A stretch of DNA of 63,577 nucleotides, the filler included, from Dugesia japonica (Eukaryota), in assembly GCA_001938525.1 (NCBI GenBank). It is 6 parts of 6 records of this genome, joined end to end, with 100 filler letters (N's around TTAATTAATTAA, not from the genome) between each part and the next. Parts side by side here need not be neighbours in the genome. Positions count along the whole stretch, not along the records: positions 27,122 to 40,000 come from MQRL01599083.1; positions 40,101 to 54,619 come from MQRL01584296.1; 4 more parts are not named here. The stretch is one strand, 5' to 3'. The notes below the pieces were generated by a model. The model saw only the letters and a program-made list of their open reading frames with translations. It had not been told where the DNA came from and made no database searches. Made by a program: the position numbers and the translations under genes. Below are positions 37,417 to 51,584 of this stretch, one piece after another (positions within the stretch are counted from its first letter, which is position 1; every line of letters begins with the position of its first letter).

Positions 37417-37880
37417 ATTTCGCATTTAACATTTCGCATTTAACATTTAACATTTAACATTTCGCATTTAACATTTCGCATTTAACATTTTGCATTTAAC
37501 ATTTCGCATTTGAAATATTTTTGTAGTTGACATTTTACATTTCATATTAACATTTCACATTTCGCATTTAACATTTTACATTTCACATTTAACATTTCGC
37601 ATTTAACATTTAACATTTAACATTTTACATGTCACATTTTACATTTTACATTTCACATTTAACATTTCACATTTAACATTTCACATTTCACATTTCACAT
37701 TTAACATTTCACATTTAACATTTAACATTTCACATTTTACATTTCGCCTTTGAAATATTTTTGTAGTTGACATTTCACATTTCGCATTTTACATTTAACA
37801 TTTCACATTTAACATTTCGCATTTAACATTTCACATTTAACATTTCGCATTTAACATTTTACATTTCACATTTGAAATAT
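37417..37880 (-). repeat. Right inverted-repeat arm: tandem heptamer array (AA/CA/TA/CG)CATTT
   Basis: Reverse complement of the left array, including the motif TTTGAAATATTTTTGTAGTTGACATTT (~37509 and ~37749, partial at ~37871). Confidence 0.92.
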
Positions 37881-38879
37881 TTTAAGGTATGGTATAAACC
37901 TTTTACTCAAAAATTCTAGGGTTAAAAAAAACCCTGAGTGAATTTAGGGTATTTTCCCTATACATATATATAGTATATATCTCGCTATATATTTCCCTAT
38001 ATATATTTCGCCCGCACGGTCCAAAACGGCGTTCCAGTTCTTTTTTAAAAATATTAGGTGAAAAGGTTTCCTATTAGTTTTGTTTTTCAATTCCAACTCC
38101 TCTGACTTTCCAATTAACGAAAAAAATATAATTTAATTTTTTTGTTATTTAAAAAAATGTATTTTGCACATATCTTTTTGCAATTTGAATATTTTCCAAA
38201 GAAATTCGAACTTATTTACACAGTAGGCTTTATGTTTCAAAAGTATTTCAGAAACCAATTCATATTGTCACTTTGATTTTTGTTTATTTTCGATATCAGT
38301 TAGCTTAGGTTTAGTGTGTGATTTCGATATTTTTAATGAAGATTTAGTGTTATTTTGTATTATATAAGATTTTTTTAGTATTTAGAAGTTGACTTCTTTT
38401 ATTTTTAGTATTTAATAGTGTTTTTTATGTTTTTAAGTTTTCGCAGTTTCATAAATATTTTATATTTTTAGTTTTCCATAATGTATTATAATATTTCTTA
38501 TATTATTTGATGTTTCCTATATTTGTTTAATTTAGGTATTTTATTTGTAGTGCATATTTTGAATTCATGGTGTTTTCTGTGTATTTCATCCGTCGTTTTG
38601 AAAACCGATTTATTTTTGTTCGACATGCAAAATATTTATAGAAAAGGTTATATAATTAATATTTCCTATTTGAAAATTTAATAAAAGCGTAGCCAAATGT
38701 CTCAAAAAACAAGCTTTTGGAATATTTTGGTCCTACTAAAAGAACAAAAGAAAATCCTAGAAATTAAGTAAATGTTGTAAATAAAGAGGCAAGTGGAACT
38801 GCTACAGTAATCTTGGTTGAAATCGAACTTATGATGGAACCATCATCATCCAAAGACTTGAATAAACTACTAGTAGGTA

Positions 38880-39965
38880 GATAGTGCAGCACGGGAACAG
38901 TAACCTCCCCCCGCCGCCAACTGTTCTTGACAATTTAACTGTTTTAATGTTTTTGACAAGTAGGTTTTTGATTGGAAGTTACGAATACATAAAAAAATCT
39001 TTCGAATTTTGGTTGGAAAGGTCGAATATCGAAATTTTGTTTTTTTAAATTTTTCGGTCAAATTTTATTGTACGGTTTCGAATAATAAAATTTGAATTTG
39101 GTATTGATGGTCATATAATTATAAACTAAATATCTTTTGTATAGGGTTTGCTATGTAAATGTTTTTAGTTTCCAAGATAAAGGTAGCGCAGCACGGGAAC
39201 ATTTTGACTTGTTTTTCAAATTTCTTGGCCAATATTTGTTGTATGATCATGAAAATGATGGCATTTAATTCAAATTAAAATTCCAAAAATTTTTTTTATA
39301 GGGTTTGTTGTAAAAATAGTTTTAGTTCAAAAGATAGAAAATTCACAGGAGCCATGTCGCACTGAGGATGAAAAATTAATTTTTCGAGAAATACTTATGA
39401 TAATCAAACAAATTTGATATCAGTGAACTCAGAATTAAACACTTAACATTTTCTACATAGGGTTTGCTATATAAATATTTTTAATTTACAAAATAAAGGT
39501 TGTGCAGCACGAGAACACTTTGACTTGTTTTTTAAATTTCTCGGTCAAAACGTATAGTATTGCTTCACAAATAGTACTATTTGATTTAAAATGAAATTCT
39601 AAACATATTTTGTATAGATTTTGTTGTGTAAATATGTTTGGTTCAAAAGATAGAAAATTACCGGGTACCATGCTTCACCTTAGATAAAAGAAATTATTTA
39701 CTCTGAAAGTACTTATACTAAGTAAACAAATTTAATTTCGTTGAAATCAGAATAAAAAACTGAACATATTTTGTATAGGCTTTAGACTATAAAAATCCTT
39801 CATTCAAGAAATAATATATATAATTATATAATTAATTATAAATTATAATCATAATCAAAATAATAATAAATTTCAAATGATTTTCTAACTATTTAACTCA
39901 GAATTAAAATTTGAACATGTTTCATGTAGGGTTTGCTGTATGAAAATTCTTCGTTCAAGAAATAA
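38880..39965. repeat. Diverged ~310-bp tandem repeat
   Basis: GCAGCACG(G/A)GAAC at ~38886, 39188, 39504; AAAAGATAGAAAATT at ~39329 and 39645; recurring TAGGGTTTG. Confidence 0.7.
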
Positions 39966-40000
39966 TATATAATTATATAATTAATTATAAATTATAATTA

Positions 40001-40100
40001 NNNNNNNNNNNNNNNNNNNNNNNNNNNNNNNNNNNNNNNNNNNNTTAATTAATTAANNNNNNNNNNNNNNNNNNNNNNNNNNNNNNNNNNNNNNNNNNNN
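40001..40100. other. Artificial scaffold linker
   Basis: N44-TTAATTAATTAA-N44. Confidence 0.95.
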
Positions 40101-40165
40101 ATTTAAAACAATTTTGTATAAGAAAGTCGAAATGAATAAGATAAAATTAATTGTAGATTATAAAT

Positions 40166-40580
40166 AAAGTAGATAGATAGTGACGCACTAAACCACATCC
40201 CCAGATTACAAAGTTTAGAAATTCGGTTTGAAATTTTGGTTTAGTAATTTGAGATCTAAATATACATAAATACTGTAAAAATATTAAATACTAAAAATCA
40301 TAAATTAAATAAATTTTATAATAAAAATTAACCTTATATAGAAATTGTACTTGTTTGTTTTTTATTGTTATTTTCATTTATTTCCTCGGGAATACGTTTT
40401 GGTGATTAGTCTTACTCAGCATAAAACTCTCTATTGAATAGATGGTTTGATGATAAAATTTAAAATACTTTTTATTTTTCGTAAAATCTATGTAAAATAT
40501 TGATAAAACCAAATTTTCAACAGATTGGTAAAAAGAATTTTTGAACAACTTGGATTGTTCCCACAGATTCCCATGAAAAT
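40166..40580 (+). repeat. Interspersed repeat, copy 1 (copy 2 at 63211-63577)
   Basis: Both copies run AAAGTAGA.AGATAGTG.CGCACTAAA...AAAAATTAACCTTA...CAGATTCCCATGAA. Confidence 0.8.
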
Positions 40581-42054
40581 TTTAATTATTTGTAAAAAAA
40601 ATTTGTTTAATGTGAAAGTTATTTTTTTGGTAATTATTCACTTTTTAAAAATTTTTAATCATTTATTTCTGAATGATAAAATTAAATATTTTCCAAATTA
40701 AGAAAATAAACTAAGGCTTACATCAAAAAATGTTTTTTAAAAATTTTCATTCAGATAAAAAATTTCAAACTTTCGAGTTCAAGTTTATCTTCTTCGAGAG
40801 TTGTGATTGATTTATTAAATATTTAAACATAATGGACTTTTCTACTGGATTTCCGTGAAAATTAATTGTAGCACCGTATTTTCCCGCATATAACGCACAG
40901 GTTAATCTAGACTCTACTGGCTTCAAGAAAGGATGCTGGCTTTACAAATCATCTTTCTTAGATGTATATTATATACATATATAATTATACAAATATAAAT
41001 ATACAAACATTATTAATCATTAATTTCACTTTATTTAAACTAAAAATATAATTCCCGGTCGATTACATAATAAATGACGTAATTATTTTTATATCGCTCC
41101 CTCCATGAAAAATTCCTGGATCCGTCGCTGAAAATGATGTATACTGAAACAATGATTATAAACTAAATAAATAAGTATGGCAATGAGATGAGAGTTAATA
41201 TTGATGAGTGGTGGTTGAATTCTATCTTTTATTAAATATTACTGTATTATTACGGATGTAATAATTGTAGCGGAAAATATTAATTCAAGTTTTTATTATT
41301 CATTATAATTTATATGATAATAATTAAGTTTATTTCACAAACTGAAGTTTAACTCTTAAATTTACATGAGTCTATTATTGATAGTTCATTATAATTTAGG
41401 ATAATTCTATAAATTAAATTGATAATCTATGGTTGATAAAAAAAAATACGAAACATCCATTCAAAAATGATATTAAAGAAGAAATTAATTAAAATTTTGA
41501 AATTTCATTCAAAAATCAAAGGAAACTTTGCCAGATGTTTTTTTCAAAAAATTAAACGATTAACCTGCCTTTCAAGGTCAAGTTCAGTGGCTGATTTTAA
41601 CGAGCTGAACTTGGAAATTTAGAGTACATTTATTTGACATTAACTCCATATAAACTTATTTTCTATTCTCTCAAAATCGTAGAGCCTTTTACAATTCAAT
41701 ATTAATGAGGGTTTTAGTTTATATCGAAGAAGACTATGGTATCTAGAATGGTAAATAATTATGATACCTTCGTTAATTTATGTATTTTTTCTAAACTAAT
41801 GTTTAATTTCTCTTAAATTTGGTTTTTTTTATCTTCTGGTATTTTTAAAGTTTATGATAAAAATAGTCTTTACAATATTTTTGTCCGCCGTTGTCAAACC
41901 TCTGCCCATTGTGAGCCATCAAAACAAAATAGTGTGCTGTTCTATTACTAGAAGGAACATTAGTTATCTTATCGAATAGTTTAAGATAAGAATTATCTAA
42001 CACAATTATAAATATCAATACATGTATATTGTTTTACAATTACAAAAATTATTG

Positions 42055-42270
42055 CTAGAATAATTGTTGGACATAACCATTGATCGATTTTCAGAATTCA
42101 TTAAAATAAAAGCTTCGATCAAAATCTTTTTTTTGGTTTTTGATATTAATTCTATACTTTGACTTTTTCTTTGTCAGGAATTGACTTTTTGATTCATTCA
42201 ATATTTGTTTTTAAATTAGTAATTTTCTTTGAATTAATTTAATTTTACTAAATTTTAATTGGTTAATTTT
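42055..42270. repeat. Copy of a dispersed MITE-like family (also ~26257-26335, ~44612-44805, ~51585-52260)
   Basis: Shared core AATAATTGTTG.AC.TAACCATTGAT...TTCATTAAAATAA.A.CTTCGATCAAAA. Confidence 0.75.
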
Positions 42271-42307
42271 AATTTTTATTTAAATTTAATTATTATAAAT
42301 TACATTG

Positions 42308-42960
42308 ATTTTAAGATTTTCTTCTTCATGTATTTTTCAATGAAGTGTAGAAATGTAGCCTGTTCCTAGTGTTTTCCATGTAATATGATGTTGTTCTGGT
42401 GAAATTTTATGTTTGCGTTGAAAGTGTTTGAAGACTTCACTTTCTTTTTGTTTCAGATGTTCTTTAATACTTGTTCGGATGGTTCTGCATATTTCTCCAA
42501 TATATGTATCTTGACAAATGGTGCATGTTATTTTATAAGTGACATTTTTCTTATCGCATATATTTCTTCCATCACAAAGACATTTGGTAACACAAATATT
42601 TTGTCTTGGTTTATGTAATTAGATGCCCAAAAATGCTTGTGTTTCGAAAAATAATTATTTAATTGAACTTAAGTTTAGATTTTTCATTATATATTTTATA
42701 TGATTTGGCTACATTTTTCATTAATAAAAAATAATTTAATAATTGTGTTAGTTTTTGGTTTGATTTTATTATGTTCTGTATTCAAAGATAAATATTTTGA
42801 TATAATTTTATTTGAGAAGCCGTTATTTAAGAATTTATTTTTATCAACTTGAGAGAAATCAATTTCATTTCTTCATTAGAAGATAGTCTTTCAGTTCGAA
42901 TTTTTTCACCTTTACTTATACCAATTTTCTGGCTGATGGTAGTATTATATATACATAGGA
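42308..42960 (-). mobile_element. Penelope-like retroelement 3' fragment (RT C-terminus and GIY-YIG endonuclease)
   Basis: FLNNGFSNKII, then CDKKNVTYKITCTICQDTYIGEICRTIRTSIKEH...SEVFKH (VxY-C-x2-C-YIG, R..EH pattern). Confidence 0.85.
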
Positions 42961-44947
42961 AACATTTCATAAAATTTTGTAGGTTTAAAATGCTATTGCA
43001 TNNNNNNNNNNNNNNNNNNNNNNNNNNNNNNNNNNNNNNNNNNNNNNNNNNTTTTCACAAATATTAAATCAACATAATTAGAAGTAATTAATTACGTTAC
43101 TGAACATTTTTATTTCTTATGTTTCTTTGATAGTAAATTTGTAAACTAAATAATATACAATATAATGTTTTTAAATATAACTTTATTAACATTAAAAGTA
43201 TAAATTTAAATTAAAATTTAATGAAATTTATGTAACTGAGTAATGAGGTTATTTTTATTAATTTTATAATTTTATTATTTTATTATTTTTATTATTTTTA
43301 TTATTATTTTTTTTTCAATATATTATTTTTTATATGCACATTATTCTAAATCTTTAGTAATGTATACTTCGTCTAATACTTATTTCTACCCAATATTATA
43401 TGTACATGTTATGATATATTTGAATGACAGATTTATTTAAAATTTTTTTCATTTATGTCATAAGTGTATTAGGTGATGGCCCACTTGACATTGTAAAACA
43501 TTCAGTGTGACCTCTGGATTTCAAAGTTTGCTATAAGCAGGTATTGGTTAATCTAAAAGAAATATACTTTCCACCGACAATTTTCATTTCCAAAAATTTT
43601 AAAAAATAATTATATTTATCAAAATAAAATTTCACAGTAGTTTGTGTAAATCGGTGTAAATTAAAACTCAATTTAGAAATCCTATTTGATAATTACAATA
43701 ATTATGTGTACGGTCATTTTTAGAAATTTGATAAAAATGTATTTATTAAAAATTTTATTTAGGATATTCAGAAAAATATTTATTCCTGCTTTTAAATGCA
43801 TGTCTAGCCAATTAATAGCTTATCTAAAAACAAAAAAAAGAAATTAATTATCCAAAAAGCCGTATGATTACGAAAGAAAAATTAAAATAATTTACTGACG
43901 TTATTTGAATAATTAAAAATATTTTAAAAAATTAACATACGAAAAACAAAAAATGGATAGTATAATTGATTTTTTCTTAATTCTGTATTATTTCTAAATA
44001 AAATTTTGAAAAAAAATTACAATTAAATAGGAAAATCAAAAAAATTAATATATTTTAAAAATTTATAAGAAAATCAATAAATGGTTAAATTCATCACATA
44101 AAATGTGAAATGTAGTCTATATTAGGGGCAACTTATTCTAGACAGCATATTAAATGATAAATCAATTCTTATTGGCTAAGAATTTCCACCAATAAATAGA
44201 TCGAAGATTAATTGGCGCAATCAATGAAATGTTTTATTTTACTAGATTGCTAAATATTCTCCAATAGTAAAAATAACGATTGTGATCTTTGCATTTTGAA
44301 AATTCTAATTGATAAAAACAGATCAATAAATTGATTAATAAATGAAAATGTGGATATTAACTTTTAATTCATAAAAAACTGTAAGCAAAATATACTTAAA
44401 AGTCACAATTTGAAAATCTTAACTAAAAAATAATATTCGAAAATTAAAATAACATAATAATAACAACAATATTATTAACCAATAAAAATTGACTAATTCT
44501 TGTTTTGACATACCTACATGTTATTTTCGAATATTATTTTTGAATTTGTTTTTACAAATTGTGAATTTAAAACGTATATTTTGCTTACAGTTTTTTTAAA
44601 ATCATATTTGAAGATTTCATTAAAATAAAAGGTTTGATCAATTTTTTTTCTTTTTGATAGCATTTCAACTTTGTTTTATCAAAAAATTCGAAACGCTATC
44701 GAAAACATAAAAAATTTGATCAAACCTTTTATTATAATGAAATCTCAAAAACGATCAATGGTTAAATTCAACAATTATTCTTTCAGTAATTCTTGTAATT
44801 GTAGAAATATTTGAAGATTTTCATTTTTTCAAATTTACGGATGTAATATGAACCGTACATTAATTTTTCCTTAAATGAAATTGGATTGCATTCAACATTT
44901 TCATGGTTTTACATAATTCAAATTTTAAATTTATTAAACAATTACCT

Positions 44948-45383
44948 CAGAGGCATAGCTAGGGAGCAGGAGGAGGCAAGTATTCTCGGGCGTCAGACCA
45001 TGGGGGCGCCAAAAAGGGGTTTGAAATATTTGTATTGTGTATTTTTTTGTACCGTTTTAATATGATATCTATCAAAATTGAAGGTTCGTCACTCTCTTGC
45101 AGTCAACTTTTTGCCACAGTTAAATCCAGAAAAATCAACCTGATATGAACTGTCTGCATTTACGCGCACAATATATGTATAAAGTTATTGGTAAAAATAA
45201 AATAAAATATAGTATTTCGTTTGTATTACTTCTTGCTTGACTAATTACATGTTTCGTCTGCATCAGTTTCTTCATTAGTCTTTATTTTAGTAGCCGTTAC
45301 ATTGGATGACTCTTAATTTTTCAGTGGGGGGCGCAAAATATGAATCTTGTCTCCGGGTGCCAAACACACTAGCTACTCCTCTG
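44948..45383. mobile_element. Non-autonomous hAT element (MITE, 436 bp)
   Basis: TIRs CAGAGGCATAGCTAG / CTAGCTACTCCTCTG and perfect 8-bp TSD AATTACCT (44940-44947, 45384-45391). Confidence 0.9.
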
Positions 45384-48300
45384 AATTACCTCTGTTAGAT
45401 AACTATATATATATAATACAATATTAAAACCAAATCAATAATGATAAATTTTGTTTGAGAAAAGATCTATAAATTATGCCATTTTAAAAGATATATTCTA
45501 TTATTATATAATAATACTAAATTGCAATAAAAAACAATTATTTGTCCTAAAGCAGCATTATATAGATATTACCAAAGCTATTTTAGAGTTTAAAAAACGT
45601 CAATTTTAAATGTCATATTGTTTGAGTAAGTACTTTATTTATATTTATATTAAATAGATATGTTGATAATGTATTATGAGAAAATATTATTTGTTATTAC
45701 TAATAATTAATAAAGTTCACTTACTGAATTCTATGATTAACTGATAAATATTTAAAACTATTTTTTTCCTTATTATTTTGTAAAAAATCTTAGGGATCGT
45801 TAATCGAAATTGTTGCTTACCTAACTGAATAAATATTACTTATCCTCTTTGAATAGTTTTCGGTGTCATAAAGAGGACAATGTAAAAATTTAATTGTTTA
45901 TAATCATAATCAATTCGATGCTTGTGCATATTTTGCCATTTTGCACTTAAGAAAAAAGAAATATTTTAAATACGCCTTATTGTGTTTATATGCGATTCCA
46001 AAAATAAAATATTGCACTCGATTTTTGTAAAATTCTGATTGTTTTTGTTTTATTATTTAAAATTATGAATTTTGTATAAAATAATTATTAACTTAATTGT
46101 TTTTTCTTTACTTTTTTGTTTAAATAAAATCTATGTAGAAAGCATATAAGATCCATGAATGTACATTATACTTTATTCACCTTATTTTAGCTGATATTTA
46201 AAATGTAGAACCTCTTTTTTATATGGATATGTTTTTCACGCGAGTTGCCGCAGAACGTATCTATCCCGTATAAACAGAATTAGATGAACTCAAAATTCAT
46301 AATACAATACAAGTCAAATTATAAGTTAAAATTACATAATCAATATAGATAAATTAGAGTTTCCAAATTTTCGTGTAAGAGCCAAAGAAACTCAAGAAAA
46401 TGAAAGTCGAAAAAATACGTACATTTAGTTATAAAGAAATTTTTTAATAAAATAATTTCATATCAGATTTCTTAACTAATTAATAAAAGTAAGTAACACA
46501 CCATTAGTAAAACAAAGATAATAAATAAACAAATAAATGTTTCAATTTCGTGGAGCTGTTGATATCTCAGAACTTAACTGAAGTCCGATTTTAATTTTGT
46601 TGATTATTAACGAAGTATATATTTGTGAGGAAAAGTTAAAATAGTAAATAAAAATTTAGTTTCTCAACGGTTGTTTTAATAACTGAAAATAAAAAAAGTG
46701 GGGATTAAGATTGTATTTGAAAATTGTATTGTGATAAAAAAAACAATATTTTTAAACTGTTAATTGAAGCTAGTTATTCTGTGAATTTTGGTGTCATAGT
46801 CAATTGGAATTATTGCTATTNNNNNNNNNNNNNNNNNNNNNNNNNNNNNNNNNNNNNNNNNNNNNNNNNNNNNNNNNNNNNNNNNNNNNNNNTAATTGTA
46901 AATTTTATCGTTACTGTTAAATATTTTGAAATATAAAAATATTTATTAAATATTATTGTCAACTATATTGTCAAATATTTTCTTTTATTAATAGCAATTA
47001 TTACTGAGAAATAATTAAATCTAAATTCTTTTTAAATATTATTTTAACTTTTCCTCAATTATTTGTTATTTAGATTAATTATTTTAACGATGACAACGAC
47101 TCCGTTATCCTCTAACAATATTGAAACAAGTATTTCGAATATTTACTAATATTAGATTATTTTTCATGTTTTCTAATTAATTAATTAACCCTATGTTTCA
47201 TTTATTTAAAATAATAATTTAATATAATTTTCAATACGACATATTTCTAGTTATTTAATCATTATTAATATTTAAATAAAACCTAAAATAATTTTCATTT
47301 CCATTTTTGGAAAAGGAAAAATTTTGTTGGATTCCTTTTATAAACTGCATTTTAGGAAACTATGGATTAAGGATTTCCCAAAAATAATTCCTTAAAGTCA
47401 TTTATAAACTTATTATTATTATTCACTGAAATTTATTTGTTTTTCTAATATGAATATACTGATAATGGCATAATAAAAACGTTTGTTTTAATTGATAATC
47501 TAACTAGAAATTCATTTCATTTTATTGGATTTACCATCTAATAAACTATTATTAATTTTATGATAATATTCAAAATTATTTATTATTAATAATCATCTCT
47601 GAATATCATTTAAATACTCAAACCTCAAAGAAAATTCAAAATCAAATATCGTAAAGCATCTTTTCAATTAAAACAAAATCACATTCAAGTGCAATTCTAA
47701 ATCTTTTCCAGTAATGAAAATTGATTTAGAAGAAAAATATATAGATATACAATCCGCAGAAATTTGTTGATATCATTTTATTCATTTGAATAGAAATACT
47801 GTCACTGAGTATCGCAAGGTGAGTAGTGGGATCGTTTAAATAACATTTGACAATAATGAAAGTGTAATATAACAGTAATAATATTAATAATAATCGACAA
47901 TCTTGTAATGTTTGGGGGGTTTGATATGAACAGGGTTTGGGACTAGAAGATCGAATATTAATTATCAATCTTTATAAGTAAGAAATCAATAAAAGCACAG
48001 ACATCCACATTGCTAGAAATAAATTTGATAGTGAAGAGCCGCCATTCTTTTGCTGAACTACTCTTTCGGGGGAAGCTACTGAAAAAAATAAATTTAATAA
48101 TATTATTTTTATTTACAAATGATTTATTAAAATGATAAATCATTTAAAGAAAAACGAATAATTTTTCACACTAAAATTATAAATAATATAATAAATTTAT
48201 AAAATTATAAATTTATTAAACTTTTATAAACTTTATTAAATAAGAAATTCAAACAATCGCAAAATCACATTAAAGTTGATATTAGTTTTTTTTTCTAAAA

Positions 48301-49559
48301 CTTTTATATATTATTAAATAACAAGAATATGAAGTTTACAATATTATTTTTTAACAAAATAACACTGTTAAAACAAATTAAATTCATATTTAATATTCAA
48401 TAATTTGAATTTCGATTTATTTAAATGACACTAATATTAGTATAATTTAAATGTATCACAACATCAATTTTTAAAATTGTAGCCTTTTTTGACAGATAAT
48501 CAATGTTTTTTATATTTATGATTATAGAAAACAGGCATGTATGTTAGCATAAATAATAATAATCTGATGTAACTAACCACACCAACCATTAGTAAAATTA
48601 TTAAAATAAACCTTTTTAATGGTTTTACATCATGCAACTATGAAAAAGAATATCCATAAAACCTGTAATTCTCATTTGTTAATAGCGGCAATTATTGATT
48701 TTTCTTTGAACAAAGCTAAAATGATTATGGTTTTCCGACAATCAAATGGTGACTAATTCTCAAACAGACAAATATTATGTTAGTGACAGTCTATATAATA
48801 CCAACAATCACACTATCAAATTTAACAGTATTCCAACAAGTACTGTACCAATATCACTGAAGATTTGATGCTTAAAGTTATAAATTTCGTTTGTCATATT
48901 TCATGATAATAAACGACTCTGAATATATTTTTTTTTATTTTTCGATATTTATGTGTTTATGTTGTTTATTATTAGAATAATTTTGATTGGTGTCTGAACT
49001 TGTTAGAATATTTAATACGTTTTCGTAAAATATTGGCCAATTTCTGGTTCATATTATTATTGCTAATAATAAAACTAAGACAAATAAACCAGTTCATCGT
49101 AAATGGTTTTTTTTTATTAAAACAAATCTGATTTATTATTTCGACTAATTTTTTTCTATAATAAAAAATATATTTTAAGATTATTGCTATATTAAAATTT
49201 ATTAAACTCATAAATAATATTACATTTATATTTTTCAAAATATGTTACTGTAGAAATTAATAATATTAATTAAATCAATATGCGAGGATTTGTAATTAAG
49301 AATATTTATTGATATGTATTGAGTAGTAATAATTTTTAAATAAGATTAAAAAATAAGTTTGTTTTATTAATCAGAATGTTTTGAAATGTCCGCACCAATT
49401 TTTCTTGAATATTTTGTTAATTATCAAAAACAATTTTTTCTGAGGCCCCCGTAATTTTTGAATTTTCTTTTTAATTTTCAAGCTGCAAATCTTTTGCAAA
49501 TTTTTTTTGGTTTTTTTCATATTTATTTAACGCAAGGACTATGTGAAAAAACCAAACAA

Positions 49560-50750
49560 TGGTTTTGGTGTGACGACGAAGAAACAAATTACGTCACAAT
49601 TCCAAACATGGATTATTTACCTTAGTGGTTTAGACATGGCATTATAATATAGAAAAGGAATTCAACAAAGTAACGCAAAAAATGTTATCTAGAGGTATGT
49701 GTACAATGACAAATGTCACACGAAGATACTAAGAAAGAAAATAATGAGACAAGGATACTGAACACAATCGAAAAAGAAATAGAAAATCAATTATATATTT
49801 CTGAAGAAAAAGATTTAATTAAGAAAATTAAAATCCTGGATGACAAAATACATGAAACAATAGAAGAAATACACNAATTATTATGTCATGCAGGAGTTGA
49901 AAAGGTGTACGAATATGTGAGAGACAAATAAATTGCGAAGAATTTGTGAACCCAAATACAAAATCTATCAGAAGATAAAGATAGTAATGACAGCAACTAA
50001 AGAGAAGATAATAAAATTAGAAGCTGCCAATTTGTTTGAAATCATATTCGCAGATATATATGAGTCAATGCGGAAAACAAGTNNNNNNNNNNNNNNNNNN
50101 NNNNNNNNNNNNNNNNNNNNNNNNNNNNNNNNNNNNNNNNNNNNNNNNNNNNNNNNNNNNNNNNNNNNNNNNNNNNGCTATTTTTGAAAAGTAAATATTA
50201 AGATTTGAATGCTCAAGAGAGATCAGATTAGATTGTGAAAAAGCCTTTGAATCAAGAGTTATGAAAGAGTCTGCACAGAAGCTAAACATTAACCTTCGCT
50301 TTTTAGGTTCTTATCATCACACTGCAAATGGGAAAATTGAAAGACAGTTTAGGAAAATTTGGGATTTAATTAATGCAACATTTCAAAAGAGAAAGACTGG
50401 CCAGATTTTTTAATCGAAATATAACTTACGATGAATGCAACAAAGCAGAAGACGATTGGAAATATTCCAGTTGAGATGGTATTTGGAAAGAAAATTATTA
50501 GCGAAAAGTGGCAGGAGTTCAAATTTTCAGAAAGAATTAAAGAAAACATTTCAGAAATGACTACTAATAGAGAATTCAAAGTAGTAGATTGTGCCCTAAT
50601 CAAGATAAAAACACAAGAAAATTCACGAAACAATATATGCGGTACAAGGAGGAAATANNNNNNNNNNNNNNNNNNNNNNNNGAAACTTAGAGAGTTTCTT
50701 AAGAAAGGTGATAGAAGGATATAATAAATAATTAAAATTTTCAACCAATA
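49560..50750 (+). mobile_element. Ty3/Gypsy integrase relic
   Basis: IH.LLCHAGVEK (H2C2 finger half), IFADIY, IRLDCEKAFES, YHHTANGKIERQFR, MNATKQKTIGNIPVEMVFG. Confidence 0.85.
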
Positions 50751-51584
50751 GAAAACGATTAAAATAATTATTAATATTAATTATTTCTATTTACCTGTAT
50801 TTATTTAAATCAATCATCTATGTTAATTGTGAAAAAAATTTACCTAAAATATTTGTTCTGATTTCGAGAATAAATTATCATTTAAAGATTTACTTAACAA
50901 GGTCTTTGTTTATTATAGATTGTTTTTAGCTTTTAATCTTTTAAAAATATTCTTAAGTATGCCAAGTTAACTAAATTAAATAAATTGATTTAAATAAACA
51001 TAATTCTAGATCAAATTTGAAAACATATATTTATGATTTGCAAAAATTATTTAACTTTAAAATATTAGATTTATAATTATTTAATTATTGATAATTTTTT
51101 AAGTTTTTCAATTAATCCATTTAATTTAATTAAAACTAAAAATTAAATTTCAAATATAAATTCTACTTAAAAAACTCATTAAAAAAAACTCGTTATATAA
51201 ACATGTAAAATATTAAACTTCTCAACGCTAAAATAATATACTAAAAATTCAACTTTGACAACCACGTTTTCTTCAGGAGGGTACAAACTAATTTAACTTC
51301 TACTATAAAAGTTTTACGTAAAATGCTTTAATTAAGTAATTAGTTTTTTTGAAAGAATTGAATGAGACAGTTAAATTTTTTAATAGCTCGACTAAAGTTG
51401 TTAATGTAAATAAAATGAATTAATTGAATAATTTAATTAATTTTTTTAAAAAAATGTATTAATTTAAAATTTAATAATTAAATTTGATTGTATGGCTTAA
51501 TGAATTTGATGATTTTAATTATAGATAAATAAACGCCTTAATAAATAATTTAAAGTTTAAAATGATTTTATTTATTAAAAAAAG

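Larger units (their letters stand above)
27122..37880. mobile_element. Endogenous Polinton/Maverick (adintovirus-like) element, defective
   Basis: Intron-less, tightly packed convergent gene arms with major capsid, PLA2-integrase, A32-like ATPase and protein-primed PolB, bounded by inverted repeat arrays. True termini and TSD not visible. Confidence 0.93.

Noticed and set aside
37880-38040. Exact right terminus and TSD of the Polinton
   Set aside because: No canonical terminal ACTACT/CTCTCT seen, and the left end is missing for comparison.
40872-41130. Isolated TIR-like ends (CCGTATTTTCCCGC; CCTGGATCCGTCGCTG)
   Set aside because: No partner TIR or TSD found.
41560-41910. Tc1-like relic on the minus strand (MGRGLT...)
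   Set aside because: Too decayed; no catalytic motif could be confirmed.
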